Made by a program: the position numbers and the translations under genes
The notes under the pieces: model-generated
Told to the model about the DNA's origin: nothing
Databases searched by the model: none
The model's input: the letters and a program-made list of their open reading frames with translations, nothing else
Origin: Mobula hypostoma
Taxonomy: Eukaryota
Assembly: GCF_963921235.1 (NCBI RefSeq)
Contig: NC_086108.1
Location: forward strand, 71,178,001 to 71,242,000
Direction: 5' to 3'
DNA length: 64,000 nucleotides
Part shown: piece by piece, positions 10,969 to 25,900 of the stretch
How positions within the stretch are numbered: the stretch's first letter is position 1
Layout of the letters: every line of letters begins with the position of its first letter

Positions 10969-13900
10969 CTGCATAAGGATATGCAAGACAGGTTTATGCC
11001 TCAGGAATGCTGTTTTATTACCTGCTTTCTGTAGCAATAGGAAACCAACCTTATGGCAGATTTTCTCAAATTATTTATCTGTTTCTTCTAATTTCAATAT
11101 AGTATGAATTGCTTATTTATGTTGATCAATTTTGGAAATATAAAATTAATTAATATTTTAAGTTTCTGCCATGCCGATAGATGTGACTGGAGTCTGCATC
11201 AGTTCTGGGAGAACACCATTTCCAATACTTCTCTAAATGAAGCAATGCTCGTTCACCCACTGTTTAAAGAAAATTGTTCAGGCTGTGTGAGAGGGAAGAA
11301 TCTCACATCAGATTACCAACTGGAATGTAAAAAGGAAAATATATTCTTTTCAGTCCTTGAGATAAATAAACATCTGTTAAGCGTAAGTGGGGAAAAAGAA
11401 GATTTTAAAAGTAAAAGCATTAACATAAGTGCTATTGTGACTCAGTCTCACTGTCGAACAGTCTGTTGCTCACTGATAGAGTGCCCTCTGCCGGTTGTGT
11501 TCAGAATCCATGCCTGGACACCAACTGCTTTGAAAATCATTCATTCAGAATTAATTTTAGGGATGGATTGCTCTCTGCCTATAAACAAGGCAGGGGAACA
11601 AAGCTGCTACAGGAGTTTGAAAAGACAACTGTGAAGTCAACTGTTTTCCTCATTTATCTTTTCACTGGGGGGGGGGTGGTCTCATTGAAATCTTTCGAAT
11701 GTTGAAAGGCCTAGACAGAGTAGATGTGGAAGGGATATTTCCCATGGAAGGAGAGTCTAGGACAAGAGGGCACAGCCTCAGGATAGAGGGGCACCCTTTC
11801 AAAACAGAGATATGGAGAAATTTCTTTAGTCAAAGGGTGGTGAATTTGTGGACTGTATCACATGCAGCTGTGGAGGCCAGCTCGCTGGGTGTTTTTGAGG
11901 CAGAGATTGATAGGTTCTTGATTGGACATGTCATCAAAGGTTACGGGGAGAAGGCTGGGAAATGGGGTTGAGGAGGAGAAAATAAAACTAACAGCCATGA
12001 TTGAATGGCAGAGCAGGTTCGATGGGCCAGATGGCCTAATTCTGCTCCTCTGTCTTATATTAAAAAAATGCAATAGAGAAAGGGCCAGGGAGTGAGAGAA
12101 ATAAAATTTACAATGACATGATTTACTTTTGTGCCAAGTAACCTTTTACATAAAACTACATGTAACAGATGAAAGCTTACGACAGCAAATATCCCTCCTA
12201 CAACAGGTATTCATTTCACACATAATATCTAACATTTTCAATCAAAATACACATCAATGAACATTAAGCAACTTAGAATAGAAATCACTTTGCGAATAGG
12301 CACAGAAGTTTAAGAACTGAACACCACAATGTGTTATTACAAGTCAATTAAGCCATGTACCATTTTGGATTGCCTGGAAATAACTTGAGCCTTTTACGTT
12401 GAAAATAATCATAACTGAGAAGCAGAGTCAGTCTCTTAGATCACAAACAAGAGAAAATCTGCAGATGCTGGAAATCAAAGCAACACACACAAAACGCTGG
12501 AGGAACTCAGCAGGCCAGGCAGCATCAATGGAAAAGACTTCCAATGTCAATGCTTCAGGCTGAGACCCTTCATCAGAACGGGAGAAAAAAGATGAGAATT
12601 TGGTGTAAGAAGGCGGGGGGTGGGGGAGGAGGAAACACAAGGTGAGAGGTGAAACTGGAAGGGAGAGGGGTGAAGTAAGGAGCTGGAAAGTTGATTGGTG
12701 AAAGAGATTCAAGGGCTGGAGAAAGGGGAATCTGATAAGACAGGACAGAAGGCCATGGAAGAAAGAACATGGGGAGAAGTACCAGAGGGAGGTGAGGTGA
12801 AAAGGAGAGAGAGGGGAATGGGAATGAGGAATGGTGAAGGGGTATGGGGGCATTACCGGAAGTTCAAGTTGTCAATGTTCATGCCATTAGGTTGGAGGCT
12901 ACCCAGATGGAATACAATGTGTTGTTCCTCCAACAGGAGTGTGGCCTCATCGCGACAGTAGAGAAGGCCATGGATGAACATTTCGGAATGGGAATGGAAA
13001 GTGAAATTACAGTAGGTGGCCACGAAGAGATTGTGCTTTTACTGGTGGATGGAGCAGGGGCGTAGGTGCTCAGCAAAGTGGTCTCCCAATCTACACTGGG
13101 TCTCGCAGATATACAGGAGGCCACACTGGGAGCACTGGATACAGTACATGACTCCAAAAGACTCACAGGTGAAGTGTCGCTTCACCTGGAAGAACTGTCT
13201 GGGACCCTGACTGGTAGTGAGAAAGTAGGTGCAGGTGTAGCACTTGTTCTGCTTGCAAGGGTAAGTGCCAGGAGGGAGATCAGTGGGGAGGGACGAATGG
13301 ACAAGGGAGTTGTATAGGGAGCAATCCCTGTGGGAAGCAGAAAGGGGGGGGGGAGGGAAAGACGTGCTTGGTGGTGGGATCCTGTTGGAGATGGCGGAAG
13401 TTATGGAGAATTACATGCTGGATGCCGAGGCTGGTGGGGTGGTAGGCGAGGACAAGAGGAACCCTATTCCTGGTGGTGGTGGCGGGAGGATGGGGTGAAG
13501 GCAAATGTGTGTGAAATGGAAGAGATGCAGTTGAGGGCAGTGTTAATGGTGGAGGAAGAGAATCCCCTTTCTTTGGAGGAGGAGGACATCTCCTTCGTTC
13601 TGGAATGAAAAGCGTCATCCTGAGAGCAGATGCGGCGGAGACGGAGGAATTGAGAGAAGAGAGTGGCAGTTTTACAGGTAACAGGGTGGGAAGAGGTATA
13701 GTCCAGGTTGCTGTGAGAGTCAGTGGGTTTATGATAGACATCAGTAAACAAGCTGTCTCCAGAGATAGAGACAGTGAGATCAAGAAAGGGAGGGGAGATG
13801 TCGGAAATGGACCAGGTAAATCTGATGGCAGGGTGGAAGTTGGAGGCAAAGTTGATGAAGTCGACGAGCTCTGCATGGGTGCAGGAAGCAGCACAAATGC

Positions 13901-16900
13901 AGTCCTCGATGCAGCATAGGAAAAGTTGGGGAGTGATACCAATGTAGGTGTGGAACATCGATTGTTCCACTTAGCCAACAAAAAGACAGGCTTAGCTGGG
14001 CCCATGCGAATACTACACCTTTTGTTTGAAGGAAGTGGGAAGAGCCAAAGGAGGAACTATTGAGAGTGAGGACAAGTTCCACCAGACGGAGGAGAGTGGT
14101 GGTGGAGGGGAACCGGTTGGGTCTGGTGTCCAGAAAGAAACGGGGAGCTTTGAGGCTTTCCTAGTGGGGGATGGAGGTGTGTAGGGACTGGACATCCATT
14201 GTGAAAATAACATGTTTGGGGCCAGGGAACTTGTAATCATTGAAAAGATCAAGGGCGTGTGAAGTGTCACGGATGTAGATAGGAAGGGACCAAACCAGGC
14301 TGGAAAAACTGAGTCAAGGTATGCAGATACGAGTTCAGTGGGGCAGGAGGAAATTGAGACAACGTGTCTACCTGGACAGGCAAGTTTGTGGACCTTGAGT
14401 AGGAGGTAGAAACAGAAGGTGTGGGGTGAGGGAACTATGAGGTTGGTAACAGAGGATGGGAGATCCCCACAGTGTGGGAGACAAAGGCTTGATGCTCCTT
14501 AGTGGGATCCTGTTCAAGGCGCAAGTAAGAGCAGGTGTCTGACAGTTGTCGCTGGACCTCAGCAAGGTAGAGATCAGTCTGCCAGATTACTAAGCAGCCT
14601 CCTATCTGTGGGTTTTGATGGTGAGGTTAGAATTAGTGTGAACAGCGTGGAGGACATCTGGAGGGAGTGAGGTTGGAATTGGAGAGGGGAGTGGTGAGGG
14701 TTGAGACTGTTGATGTTCCATCGGCAGTTGGCAATAAAAAGATCCAGAGCAGGGTGTCCAGCAAGAGGAGGAGGGTTGAAGACAGGAGAAGGGGTCATCT
14801 GTGGGGGTGGAGAGTCCTCGCCAAAGAAGTAGGCTCGGAGACAGAGCCAGCGGAAGGAGAGCTCAGTATCACGGCGGGTACGGAACTCACTGAGGTGTGC
14901 GTGCAGGGGGACAAAGGTGAGACCTTTACTGAGGACAGAATGTTCTGCATCAGAGAGGGGAAGGTCAGAGGGAATGGAGAAGATCACACAGTTTTATAGA
15001 TTGTGATAAATTCAACTGAGAAGTTACAGCATAGTCTCCGAATACTGCACTTTCTTTGCACTGTAATTAAATATTACAGTCACCCATATTTACACACTGT
15101 GCTTACAGTTGTTATACTTTTTGTCAGTAACAATTGATTGGTGGAGAACCATTCAAAATGTTAAAACACTTACCAGGTACAGCACTCTATATGAATGTCC
15201 TGTCAGTTTGGCAACTTGTGTTAAGGATGGATATTTCCACACTAAGATTTGATTCTGGGAATAGCCATGTGTACTAACCTGGAAAGTAAAGCAGAGTCAC
15301 AACAAACTTGAACAGAAGTGAAACAATGATAGACTTTAATTAGAAATAACCTTGCTTCAAAAGAGACTGATTCAAGTAAAAGTCAACTGAAAGCTGGCAA
15401 GCCACACAACACTTTTATTGGCTATATAAACATATTCATCACCTGATGCCCTTCAACCATAAGCTCCTTGAAGCCATACAATTTGGCTCCAATACTTTAT
15501 CCTCGGCTGTACAATTATCTTTTATTTTGCTATAAACATCACAATGCAAGCTTTTCAAAAGAGCAGTTCAGCTGTAAAGCAGGCATTGCAATCCCAGATG
15601 ATGCCTTTAATGGGCACCACATGCAAAAACAAGAATTAAACAAAAGGTTTTGCAGCTTTTTTACAAGGTTACTGGAGAAAGCTCCAGAATTTCAAAAATA
15701 TTGGTGTTAACTTTAGTTTGCTTGCTAAATGCAATAAGCTTCAGAACAGAGTAAGCTGGGACTCATTGTAACTGCTTGAAGACTACCAAGTTTCACCTTG
15801 AAATCATGAACACTTGTACTCTATTAGTTATTATTATATCTAGAACCAAACAATCATGAGCAGAGAAGATGCAGGAGGGTTGGATAGAAGAATGAGAAAG
15901 ATCTTCGATAGGACAGGGTCAGAAGACCACGTGCTCTGCTGCCCAAAATGAACATTTCTTTTTTTGTCCCCCAGTTCCAATGAAGGGTCCTAAACCTGAA
16001 ACATTAACTGTTTCTCTCTTCCCAGATGCTGAAAGTTTCCTGACCTTTTTGTATTTATTCAGACTTTCAGCATCTGCAGTTTAAAATTTTTTTTTTCACC
16101 TTATCTTATGGACACTGCCATCTGCTGCTACAAAGGTTCTATGTAATTTCACAGGGAGCAAGGAAAATAGGAAAATAGATTGTTAAAATCCCAAGTCTGA
16201 TATTCAAGGATAAACTGTGAAATCTCTTGAACTCTACCATCTCGAGTCAGAGAGCACTACAACACAGAAACAGGCCTGGCCCTTTGGCGCACCTGGTCTA
16301 TGCTGAACTCTTATTCTGCCTTGTCCCATCCATCTGCACCTGGACCATAGCCCTCCGTACCCCTCTCAACCATACACTTACCCAAATTTCTCTTAAATGT
16401 TGCAATCAAAGCCACATCTACCACTTCCACAGGCAGCTCACCCTCAGGTTCCCCTTCCACACTTAATGGATGAACCATGAGTTCTTGTCTCACCCAACCT
16501 CAATGTAAAACGACTGCTTGCATTAACCCTATCTATGCCACTTATAATTTTATATACCTCTGTCAAATCTCCCCTCATGCTCCAGGGAATAATTTCCTAA
16601 TCTCTTCAACCTTTTCCTATCGCTCAAGTCCCAGCAAAATCCTTTGAGTGCCAAGTCCACAATGATGAGATCTCTCATCACAGTGGCAGAGCTGACAGCA
16701 TTGCTGCTGCACAGGTATGGTCCAGATCAGATTCTGTCTGTGTGCATATTCTCGCTATGGATTACCCATGTACTCTGCATGTCAGAAAGAACAGGTTGTG
16801 GGGGGGGGGAAGGGGGAAGGACTGGTTGGAAAATTCAGTGCTGGCACAGGCTCAATGGGCTGAACAGCCTCATCTGATTTGAAGAAAATGTGAAGTCTAC

Positions 16901-19900
16901 CACAAGTATAAAGGACACAGACTGTGCTTCCCAGAGAGTTAAAGTGCTTGGTATTCTGAAGACATAATAGAATAAATAAATCCACTCTAAGATCATCGTC
17001 AATATGAATGACGTGCAGAAGAAAACAAATCTTTATTCCATCATTTCCTGTCCAGGCTAACCGAATATGTGCATGCACATACGTCGCTCACTGGATTTAT
17101 TACTAATATACTGCAGATTTAATTTGTCATAGCTTTCAATGTTAGAAGCTTACCAGTTCATTTGCGTGCTTTGACCACGCAAGATTGCAGACTTGGGAGC
17201 CGGTGTCAACGCACTGCAGTGGCTGACAGGTTAGTGTGTTCCAGAAACGGATGCAGCGATCCGCAGTGCCCCCTCCCGAAGCCAGGAGTCCGTGTTGATG
17301 AGGGGACCACGCGATGGCTTTTACAGCTGCTAAGTGTTCTGTGTACTGTTGGACTGGGCTCAGACTGGAATTGTTCCACACAAACAGCTGAAAAAAGAAA
17401 ATATGTTGCAGCCGTAATACAAATATAATCAACAACTTTAACCTCACAGAACTTTACATCATAACACAACTTGACAAGTTCCCAATGAACTTTCATCCAC
17501 TCCTCACTCAAACTGGTAGTCATCTAGCTAATTGAACAGAAGTACACCATTTCATCTTTCGGCAATTTGCCAACCATTCATTTAATTCCTTCATTATATG
17601 GGTGCAAGACCATGCCACTAAATTCCGTTTTACAGCTCTCGCAATAGTACCAACCCTAGACGGCAGTGGAATGCGTGTGAGGTACCTTGTTGTCGTTGCC
17701 GCCGGAAGCCAGGTGCTGGTGGTCAGGGGACCACTTTAACCCACAAACTTCCTGCCTGTGACCTTGTAACCGGCGCTCTGTCTGAAGTGGGGGTGTTCGT
17801 ACGTCTCGCTGCAGAATCAGACGGTCCCGACTACCTGATGAAAGTTGATCAGCATTCCAGGCCAAAGCCCCTGCACATCAAGCAACACTGCATTAAAAAA
17901 ACATTAGCAGTTGTATAACTAATCATTTAGTCCCCTAATACTCTCATTTCAGAACCATTTAAGCAACAATAACCTCATTTACTCAAAGGCAACATGTTGT
18001 TAAAAGCTGTGATGGTAGCAATAACAGACAACTGAAGATCAAAATACATCAGCACTAAACACAGATCTTAAACTCTCCTTTGAAATGTGTTCATGGATTT
18101 AACAGTGTCATAAGAATTTCTATTTTAAGCAGTTGTTGCTAACCCTGTCCTCCTGAAAACACAGACCTTCAATAAAAAAAAGCGTAGCAACTAAAATCAA
18201 ACAGCCCTGCTCTTCCTGGACAATATACATTTTGTTGGATTCCTAAATCTCCATGATTAACAATGCCATTTTAGTCCACATAACCTAATATCATTAGATC
18301 ACCTTTCCACATCTGTACACTTTTATAACAACACGTTTTAAAGCCCTGGTACAATCACAGAAGGACACAAAGGATTCCTTGGACCTTTTGCAGAGAGAGG
18401 TAGTAGCATCACACCACCTCTCCTCATCATATTTACCTCAATCGATAACACCAAAAAAACAAATCAGAGCAGGCTCATCACAAAATGCCTGCCCCACTTC
18501 CTATGACAATTAATCAGAATCACATTTAATATCACCGGCATGTGTCATGAAATTTGCACTTCACTGCACTTCAGTGGTTTAAAATTGCTTGAAGATACTC
18601 AGATAGCGTGGAGGCACAAGCCCCTCTCTCCATTTCTTTAATCCTGATTGAGAAGTTACAGAACCTGGGCCTCTGTACCTCCCTCTGCAATTGGATGCTC
18701 GCCTTCCTAACTGGAAGATCACAGTCTGTGTGGATTGGTGATAACATCTCCTCCTCACTGACGATCAACACTGGCGCACCTCAGGGGTGTGTGCTTAGCC
18801 CACTGCTCTACTTTCTACATACACATGACTGTGTGGCTAGGTATAGCTCAAATACCATCTATAAACTTGCTGATGATACAACCATTGTTGGTAGAATCTC
18901 AGGTGGTGACGAGAGAGCGTACAGGAGTGAGATATGCCAACTAGTGGAATGGTGCCGCAGCAATAATGTCAGTAAGACAAAAGAGCTGATTGTGGACTTC
19001 AGGAAGGGTACGATGAAGGAACACATACCAATCCTCATAGGGAGATCAGAAGTGGAGGGAGGGAGCAGTTTCAAGTTCCTGGCTGTTGAGATCTCTGAGG
19101 ATCTAATCTGGTCTCAACATATCGATGTAGTTATAAAGAAGGCAGGACAGTGACGATAATCAAGGAGTTTGAAGAGATTTAGCATGTCAACAAATACACT
19201 CAAAAACTTCTATAGGTGTACCGTGAAGAGCATTCTGACAGGCTGCATCACTGTCTGGGTGGGGGGTGGGGGGGGCTACTACACAGGACCCATGGAAGCT
19301 GCAGAGGATTACAAATTTAGCTGGCTCCATCTTGGGTACTAGCCTGCAAAGTAAAGTGTCTCAGAAAGGCAGTTTCCATTATTAAGGACTTCCAGCACCC
19401 AGGACATGCCCTTTTCTCACTGTTACCATCAGGTAGGAGGTACAGAAGCATATATATTGCATTGAACTGCTGCTGCTAACTAGTTTCATGACACACGCCG
19501 GTGATACTAAACCTGATCCTTGATCTGCTGATTTGTCCAATCTCACTCAATCACCCAAAATGGACCTCAGGAGATGGTACAAAGCTAATATTATTTCTAC
19601 AATATACAGTTACTTAGCTGTTCATCTTTCTTCCAAGGTTACACAAGACATACAGTTAAAAAACAAAATCCCACAGTGGAGGGTTATCTACAATTCTACA
19701 AGGACAGTTACATTACAGCAGTTCACTTAGTTCCTTAAATCAGTTTTATAATTTTAGCTAAATCAAAGATTGTTATTTGTAAACCTTGCCTAACTAAAAT
19801 CTATCAGACTTCACGTTGAAACTTTTAATTGACCCTCGGGGAGGCGGGATGAAAGAGAGGAAAGGAAACTCCAGATTTTCATTTCCCTTCTGAGGAGGAA

Positions 19901-22900
19901 TTTCTTGTCATCACTAATAAATATTCCAGATCCCTTAAAGATACATGGCAGAATTGCAGAACAGAAAATGCAAATTGAGGACATGTTCAAACTACAAATA
20001 TTCAGGAAGACAGCGTAATTCACCTTGGATGCTGACTGTACCATATGATAATTATCTATACTCCCACGCATCCATCTGCCAATTTAATCGCAACCAACAA
20101 CTCATTAGTACTCACCAACCCTAGCGGAATGTCCATCGAGAGAGGTCAGCTTCTTCCCAGCTGCTGCATCCCAGATCTGCACATATCCTTTATGGGTGCC
20201 CACAGCCACAAAGTTCCCCTGAGCATATTAAAAATGTATTATTATCTCCATAATAATACAGCACTTAGAGGTCCTTTTAACACACAGAACATATTCTTAT
20301 TCTCCCATATTCCCATTCACTCTACAACTCACCTATGTGCAAGAGGCAAATTGCAGTGGCCGGTTCACCCACCAACTGGCACGATGTTGGGATGTTTGGT
20401 AGGAAAGTGGAGCATATGTAAGTTTTACACACAAAGCACCGGGTGTCAGAATCGAAGCAAGATCACAGAAACCGTGAGGCTGCAGCTCTACCAGCTGTGC
20501 CCTGAAGACCAGTGAGGGCTTTGCTTGTAAGACAGCAGGTTGGTGACTCGCTCCCATAGTTCACCTCACAAGCAAAGTGAATAACAGTAGCACTGGTAAC
20601 AAGGGTTGAACACTGAGACAGAGGGAAATTCTGAAGCAGTGTCCAAAACGTATCTCCAAAGAATGGATCAGGCACACTGCCGGAATGGAGGGAGGGAAAG
20701 AACAGAAGTGTGTACCTGTAATGTATAGGACCTCTCAGTGCTCCCATGCCCATCTAACTGACCTGAAGTGCTTACAGATCATTCTTTATTTTATTGAAAA
20801 TAACCCCTCAGCCTTTGCATTGAAGTTGGTCAAAAATAATTGCACAAGGCAGGGAGGAAATCATTCCCTAAAAATGTCATCTTCATTTTAATGCTATCTT
20901 ACAGGGCTTCTCAAATACTTCCATGTTTTAACTTCATAGAATTCGTAGATCTGTTTTTTTTTAATAGAAACTCAAAGCTCTATTTAAATATATACCAAAT
21001 TTTCTAATTAAAAATTTACAGGCCATTTTCTATCTATTCATTTGCTCAGTTAACCCAGTGTCGGTAGTTAAGTAACTGCGTAGCAATTAACCTTTTGCAC
21101 AGAGTAGAAATTATCCATGACACACCAATTGACTAAAAGGTAATTAGCAATACAGTATTTCACAATATTTTAGTATTAATTCATCTGTGAATGATAGCCT
21201 CATGAAAGAAAAAAATCATTAATATTTGTAAATAAATGTACAATAAAATCTAACGAATTTGACTGGACATTTGATCAGTGAGCAGAACAGGAATTGAATT
21301 CAGTAAAGAGTGATTACACGCACCCTCTCATTCCAACAAACTGATGTAACAGAGTCCCCATCTATGGAGAGGTCACATAGCCTTGTTACCTAGGAAACAA
21401 AAAGACCAAGCACAATTAGCACGGCTCTCTATTTAAAAACAAGATCCAATCCCTCGATAAATCAGAGCTCACCCCTCATCGACCCCCAATTTAACACTCT
21501 TACTCAGGTGGCTTTGCAGAATAATTGTCCCAAAGGACCAGAATCCTTTGTTAAATAGACACCACATGTTTCATCGAAACAATCGTGTACTCAGGCCAAA
21601 CGCGAGGTTCCTTATTAAGCTCTCTCTCATGTTGCAAGAACAAAAGCAATTCATTGTTTGCCCAGCACTGAGAGATTGTGGTTGTAAATAATTAAACGAT
21701 AAAACGCGCTTATGAAACAAAATTAAAAAATTCATTGTATCAGATTTCCTTACGATATAAAGAGGCAAATATTTGATTCATTTAGTTCTGCCGGCTCTCA
21801 TAGCAATTCCTACATTCCATTCTACTATAACCTATTCCCTCTAAAATGCACACTAACTTCACCCTGATTCTCAGCCCCCCCCCGCCCCATTACGAGGTAA
21901 TTTACAGTAACTAATTTCCCTCCCAACAAGCAGGTCTTTAGGACATTGGAGCACCTGGGAGATCAAATGTAGGTCACAGCAGTTCTATCGTGCCACACTT
22001 TTAACAATAAATGGGGCAAGAAAGTCCTTGATCTCAAATTGCAAGTGATCACTGTCCATTCAGCTCTAAATGAAAGTAAGTCACTAAATATATTGAAAGA
22101 ACAGAAAAAGGAAACAAATAAAAAGAAATCTATCAAAACAAAACCGTATTCGCAGTGGGACCCCCTGTAGTTTCTGGAGATGGAAAGGTAGTTCAGTTGC
22201 CTCTGGAAGGCTGAGTGGGCAGACTGGTCTTTGTTCTTCCCTAGGCTCCAGCTAATAAACACTTGTAAATTGTGAATATCAAACTCCAAAGAACTGGCAT
22301 TAATTTACCCTCACTTCTCCCAAAAGTTCTTAGACTGTGAGCTAGACCTGAATCCTCCATACATGAGCAAGACAAAAGCCTAGATGTTACCAAGGCATGA
22401 CGATGTATAATAACAAAGGCCCGTCAGGAGACAAAACCGTCACTGACCCACTATGCGCGAAGAGTGTCGGAGACACCAAGGGCATGTCTCTTCCAACCAT
22501 CAGTGCCATCTACATGATGCACTGCTTCAGAAAGGCAACATTTATCAACAAAGACCTTCACCAGCCAGGCCATGCCATCTTACTGCTACCACTGGGTAGA
22601 AGGTACAGAAGCCTCCAAGTCCCACATCACCAGGTCAAGAACAACTACTTCTCTTCAACCATCTGGTTCTTATACAAACCTGCACAACCCTAATCACTTC
22701 CTCAGTTTAGAAACATTATGTCTATTTTACATTACAATATACTGTCCTTCCTCCCCCCCCCACATTTTAAATGTGTTCTTCATTGTATAATTTGCTCTGC
22801 TTGCGATTGTTGTGTCTCTGATGCTATGCACCTGGTGATGCTGCTGAAAGTAAGTTTTCCATTGTACTTATGCACGTGATGATATGTTCAACTTTGCCAC

Positions 22901-25900
22901 TAATGAAGACATTTGAAATACTTCTAAATGTTTCTGATTATCAAAGACATTTTAGGAAGTTCAAAATAATTTAGATCATTAAAAAGATCAGAAACATAAA
23001 ACAATAAACCTACTTTAAAACTGACAGTATTGGAAAATAATATTAAAAATTAAGTTTCCATTTCTATACATCTGCCTGATCTGCTGTTTGCAGTATTCTC
23101 TGTTTTTATTTCAGATTTATAGTACTCCCACATTCCTTTTTAATCAATGCCAGTGATCACATAAAATACTGGTCTTGCGCTATGTCCACCAGCCACCTGG
23201 GCATTGAAGTGTTGACATCTGACCTGCTGCAGCAATGCAGGCTGGGAACAGAACTGTTGCCAAGGAAATATTGGCTGAACAATAACACATGTTGCCATGT
23301 CATGTAACAAAGTAAGCAAGCTGCACCTTACCTGACTGGTACATGCACTCCACAGGTAAACACACGCACCAAGACCAACACTTAAGACATTTGCTGCTGA
23401 CCAATCCACCAGATTGAGGTAAAAGTCATCTTGCAATTCTGGAGCATCCAGGACTTTAAATGGAATCTTTGAAATCTTCCTTGTTGGTTTCCGTGGTGAC
23501 CGCAACAACTTTTGACTGTTCAAAATAAGTTGAAAGCAGGTTAAATTTATGGTCAGTTAGAGATATTGCTTGCTTATTCTATCCTGGGCAAATAAGGAAA
23601 TTCTGCCTAGAACAGAATTTTTAAATCATTGATAAAACCTTCAGCTTTAAAATGTAACAGAAAAGGTTCAACTTATGTTGTGACATTTTCCAGAACTAGT
23701 CCCCTGTAATGAGCCAAAGAGCGCCACTTACAAATACAAATGTTGAGTGAACCTGGCAATTAAACACTTCAGAAATAAGTAAACAGCTAAAAAAGCAGAG
23801 CAAGAGAAATATTCTTCCACGTAACAAACTCATAGCTTTTCTTTCATTTGGTTCTTTAAAATATAACTGATTGATCCCTTTTTTAAAATCATTACTTCTA
23901 ATACATTTCTGCCAAGCCTGTGTTCTAACCATTCAATTATTTAATAATTAAATATTGGAGAACGCGAACCACAGGATATGTAAATGCCAAGAACACCATC
24001 AGTTTCTTCTTTCTACATTGGTTCATTTCTGGAGCCACTTTAAATCCACTGCTCTACATCTTATTCTGTTTTCTTTAAAGCATATACACTTTAAAATGCT
24101 GAGAGTGCCAAGAAAATAATTCGATTCTAACACTGAGATCCTTCACTGAATGTATCATGCATGTACAATTATCAAACAATACAAGTTGCATCATAACTGT
24201 TCATATTCAGATGAAATTTGAGAATGAACAGAAATAGTTAAAACTACATCTGAAAAAGATTAATTTTCATGAATAGGCTACAAATATTTGTCTCAATTGT
24301 TCATGTTGGAAGCAGCAAAAAGGAATTTAAGGAATTAAGTTCTCAGCAATTCGACTAAGAGCATTTCACCAACGAAGAGAACTCATAAAACCTAATACTT
24401 TGTTTTACGAAAGCAGTGGAAGACACTCAGTGAAGTTTGGAGGCTGAAAGAGCACACGTCTAATACTCATTTTCAAAATCAATCTACAATTATGGTTCTT
24501 CATTCTTCTTTAAAAAGAGAGAAATAAATTGAACAATGAGTTAACGGTCCTGCTTTACCCACCTTTTATTACTAACAGGAGATAGTGAATACGGTGAAAT
24601 CTCATTCCCACTTTCAGTAGTAGATCTCTTTGTACTCAAAGCATACTGAAAGAAGATGAAACACACCAAGTAAAAATTAAAGCTCGAAAGAAAACCTTTT
24701 ATTGCAATGAGCAACACACAGTGAAGCAGTTACTACCAAGTAAAATCCTTGTAGAAAGTAAACCTTTCAGAAACAGAATAAATTTCAGTCATTTTTAGAT
24801 TTATGCTATGTTAATGAACAATCCGTTCAATAATATCTAATTAAAATATTTCACTACTCTTTCTTTGCTTATGCTTATCTGAAATACACAGGCGTAAATT
24901 AACATTTTGTTCAAAAAATGGTACCTATCGTCCATATTACAGTTCAAGATCGGAACATACTGAAGTTTTTCAAAAACAAAATAGAAGTACACAAGAATGT
25001 GGGTTAAGTCAGCGTGGAGCTTACAGAGCTCACTGTTACTGATCTGAGACAAAAAATTAACATCATGGTACCTCCTAAGTGTATCAGCCTCCTTTGGAAG
25101 ATTAAAGCAAGGAGGGAAGTGAGACCTTATGACATCACAACATCAACTAACGTATGGGGAATTTTTTTGCTATCAATGTTATCTTGTTGTGCACAAAGCA
25201 ATGAGAAGAGTTGATTAATCCATTTTTAATATCTTAAAATGGGGGGAGGGTGTTTCCTGGACATAGGACAGATCTTGGGCAATGAGACGTTAATCAATTA
25301 TGGAGCAACACACACAAAATGCTGGAGGAATTTGGCAGGTCAGACCGAAATAAACAGCTGACATTTCAGGCTGAGACCCTTCATCAGTACTAGGTTAACT
25401 AGCTAACGTAGGTTTATTTATTCATCTGGAACCTGTTGTCACGGAACAAAGGAGAAACATACAGTGGAATATAGTTATTTGTAGGTGCTACATCTATAAT
25501 TATTATACTGTGGGGCTATCAACCTGGGGGCAGTTACATTGAAATCCAAGCAAAAAATATGCCACTTTCAGTACAGGCACAACAGAAATGACTGGGGTGG
25601 CGAGGCAGAGAATTAATCAACTCTCTAGAACTCTTTAGAAATCAGGGGCAGCTTTCTGATTCAGCTCCAGTTATTATGCTGTCAAGTTTAGTGTTACAAC
25701 ACAGGAGACACCATCTGACTGTGCGTAGGACAATATGGCTGACCAGAGATAAAGGCACTAGTTTAGCCAGTCTATAAATAATGGCGTCATTGATCACGTT
25801 GTTCGCTTACTCTGAATAGATTGCGTCGCTCCTGCATCGGCATCTGGAATCTCCGATCTTCTGTCTGTGGATCACTCACTTTTTCAATGCCTGCTCCCAG

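Noticed and set aside
11104..11634. 176-aa plus-strand ORF antisense in an fzr1 intron
   Set aside because: No recognisable domain or coding-like composition; compatible with chance in a 64-kb window.
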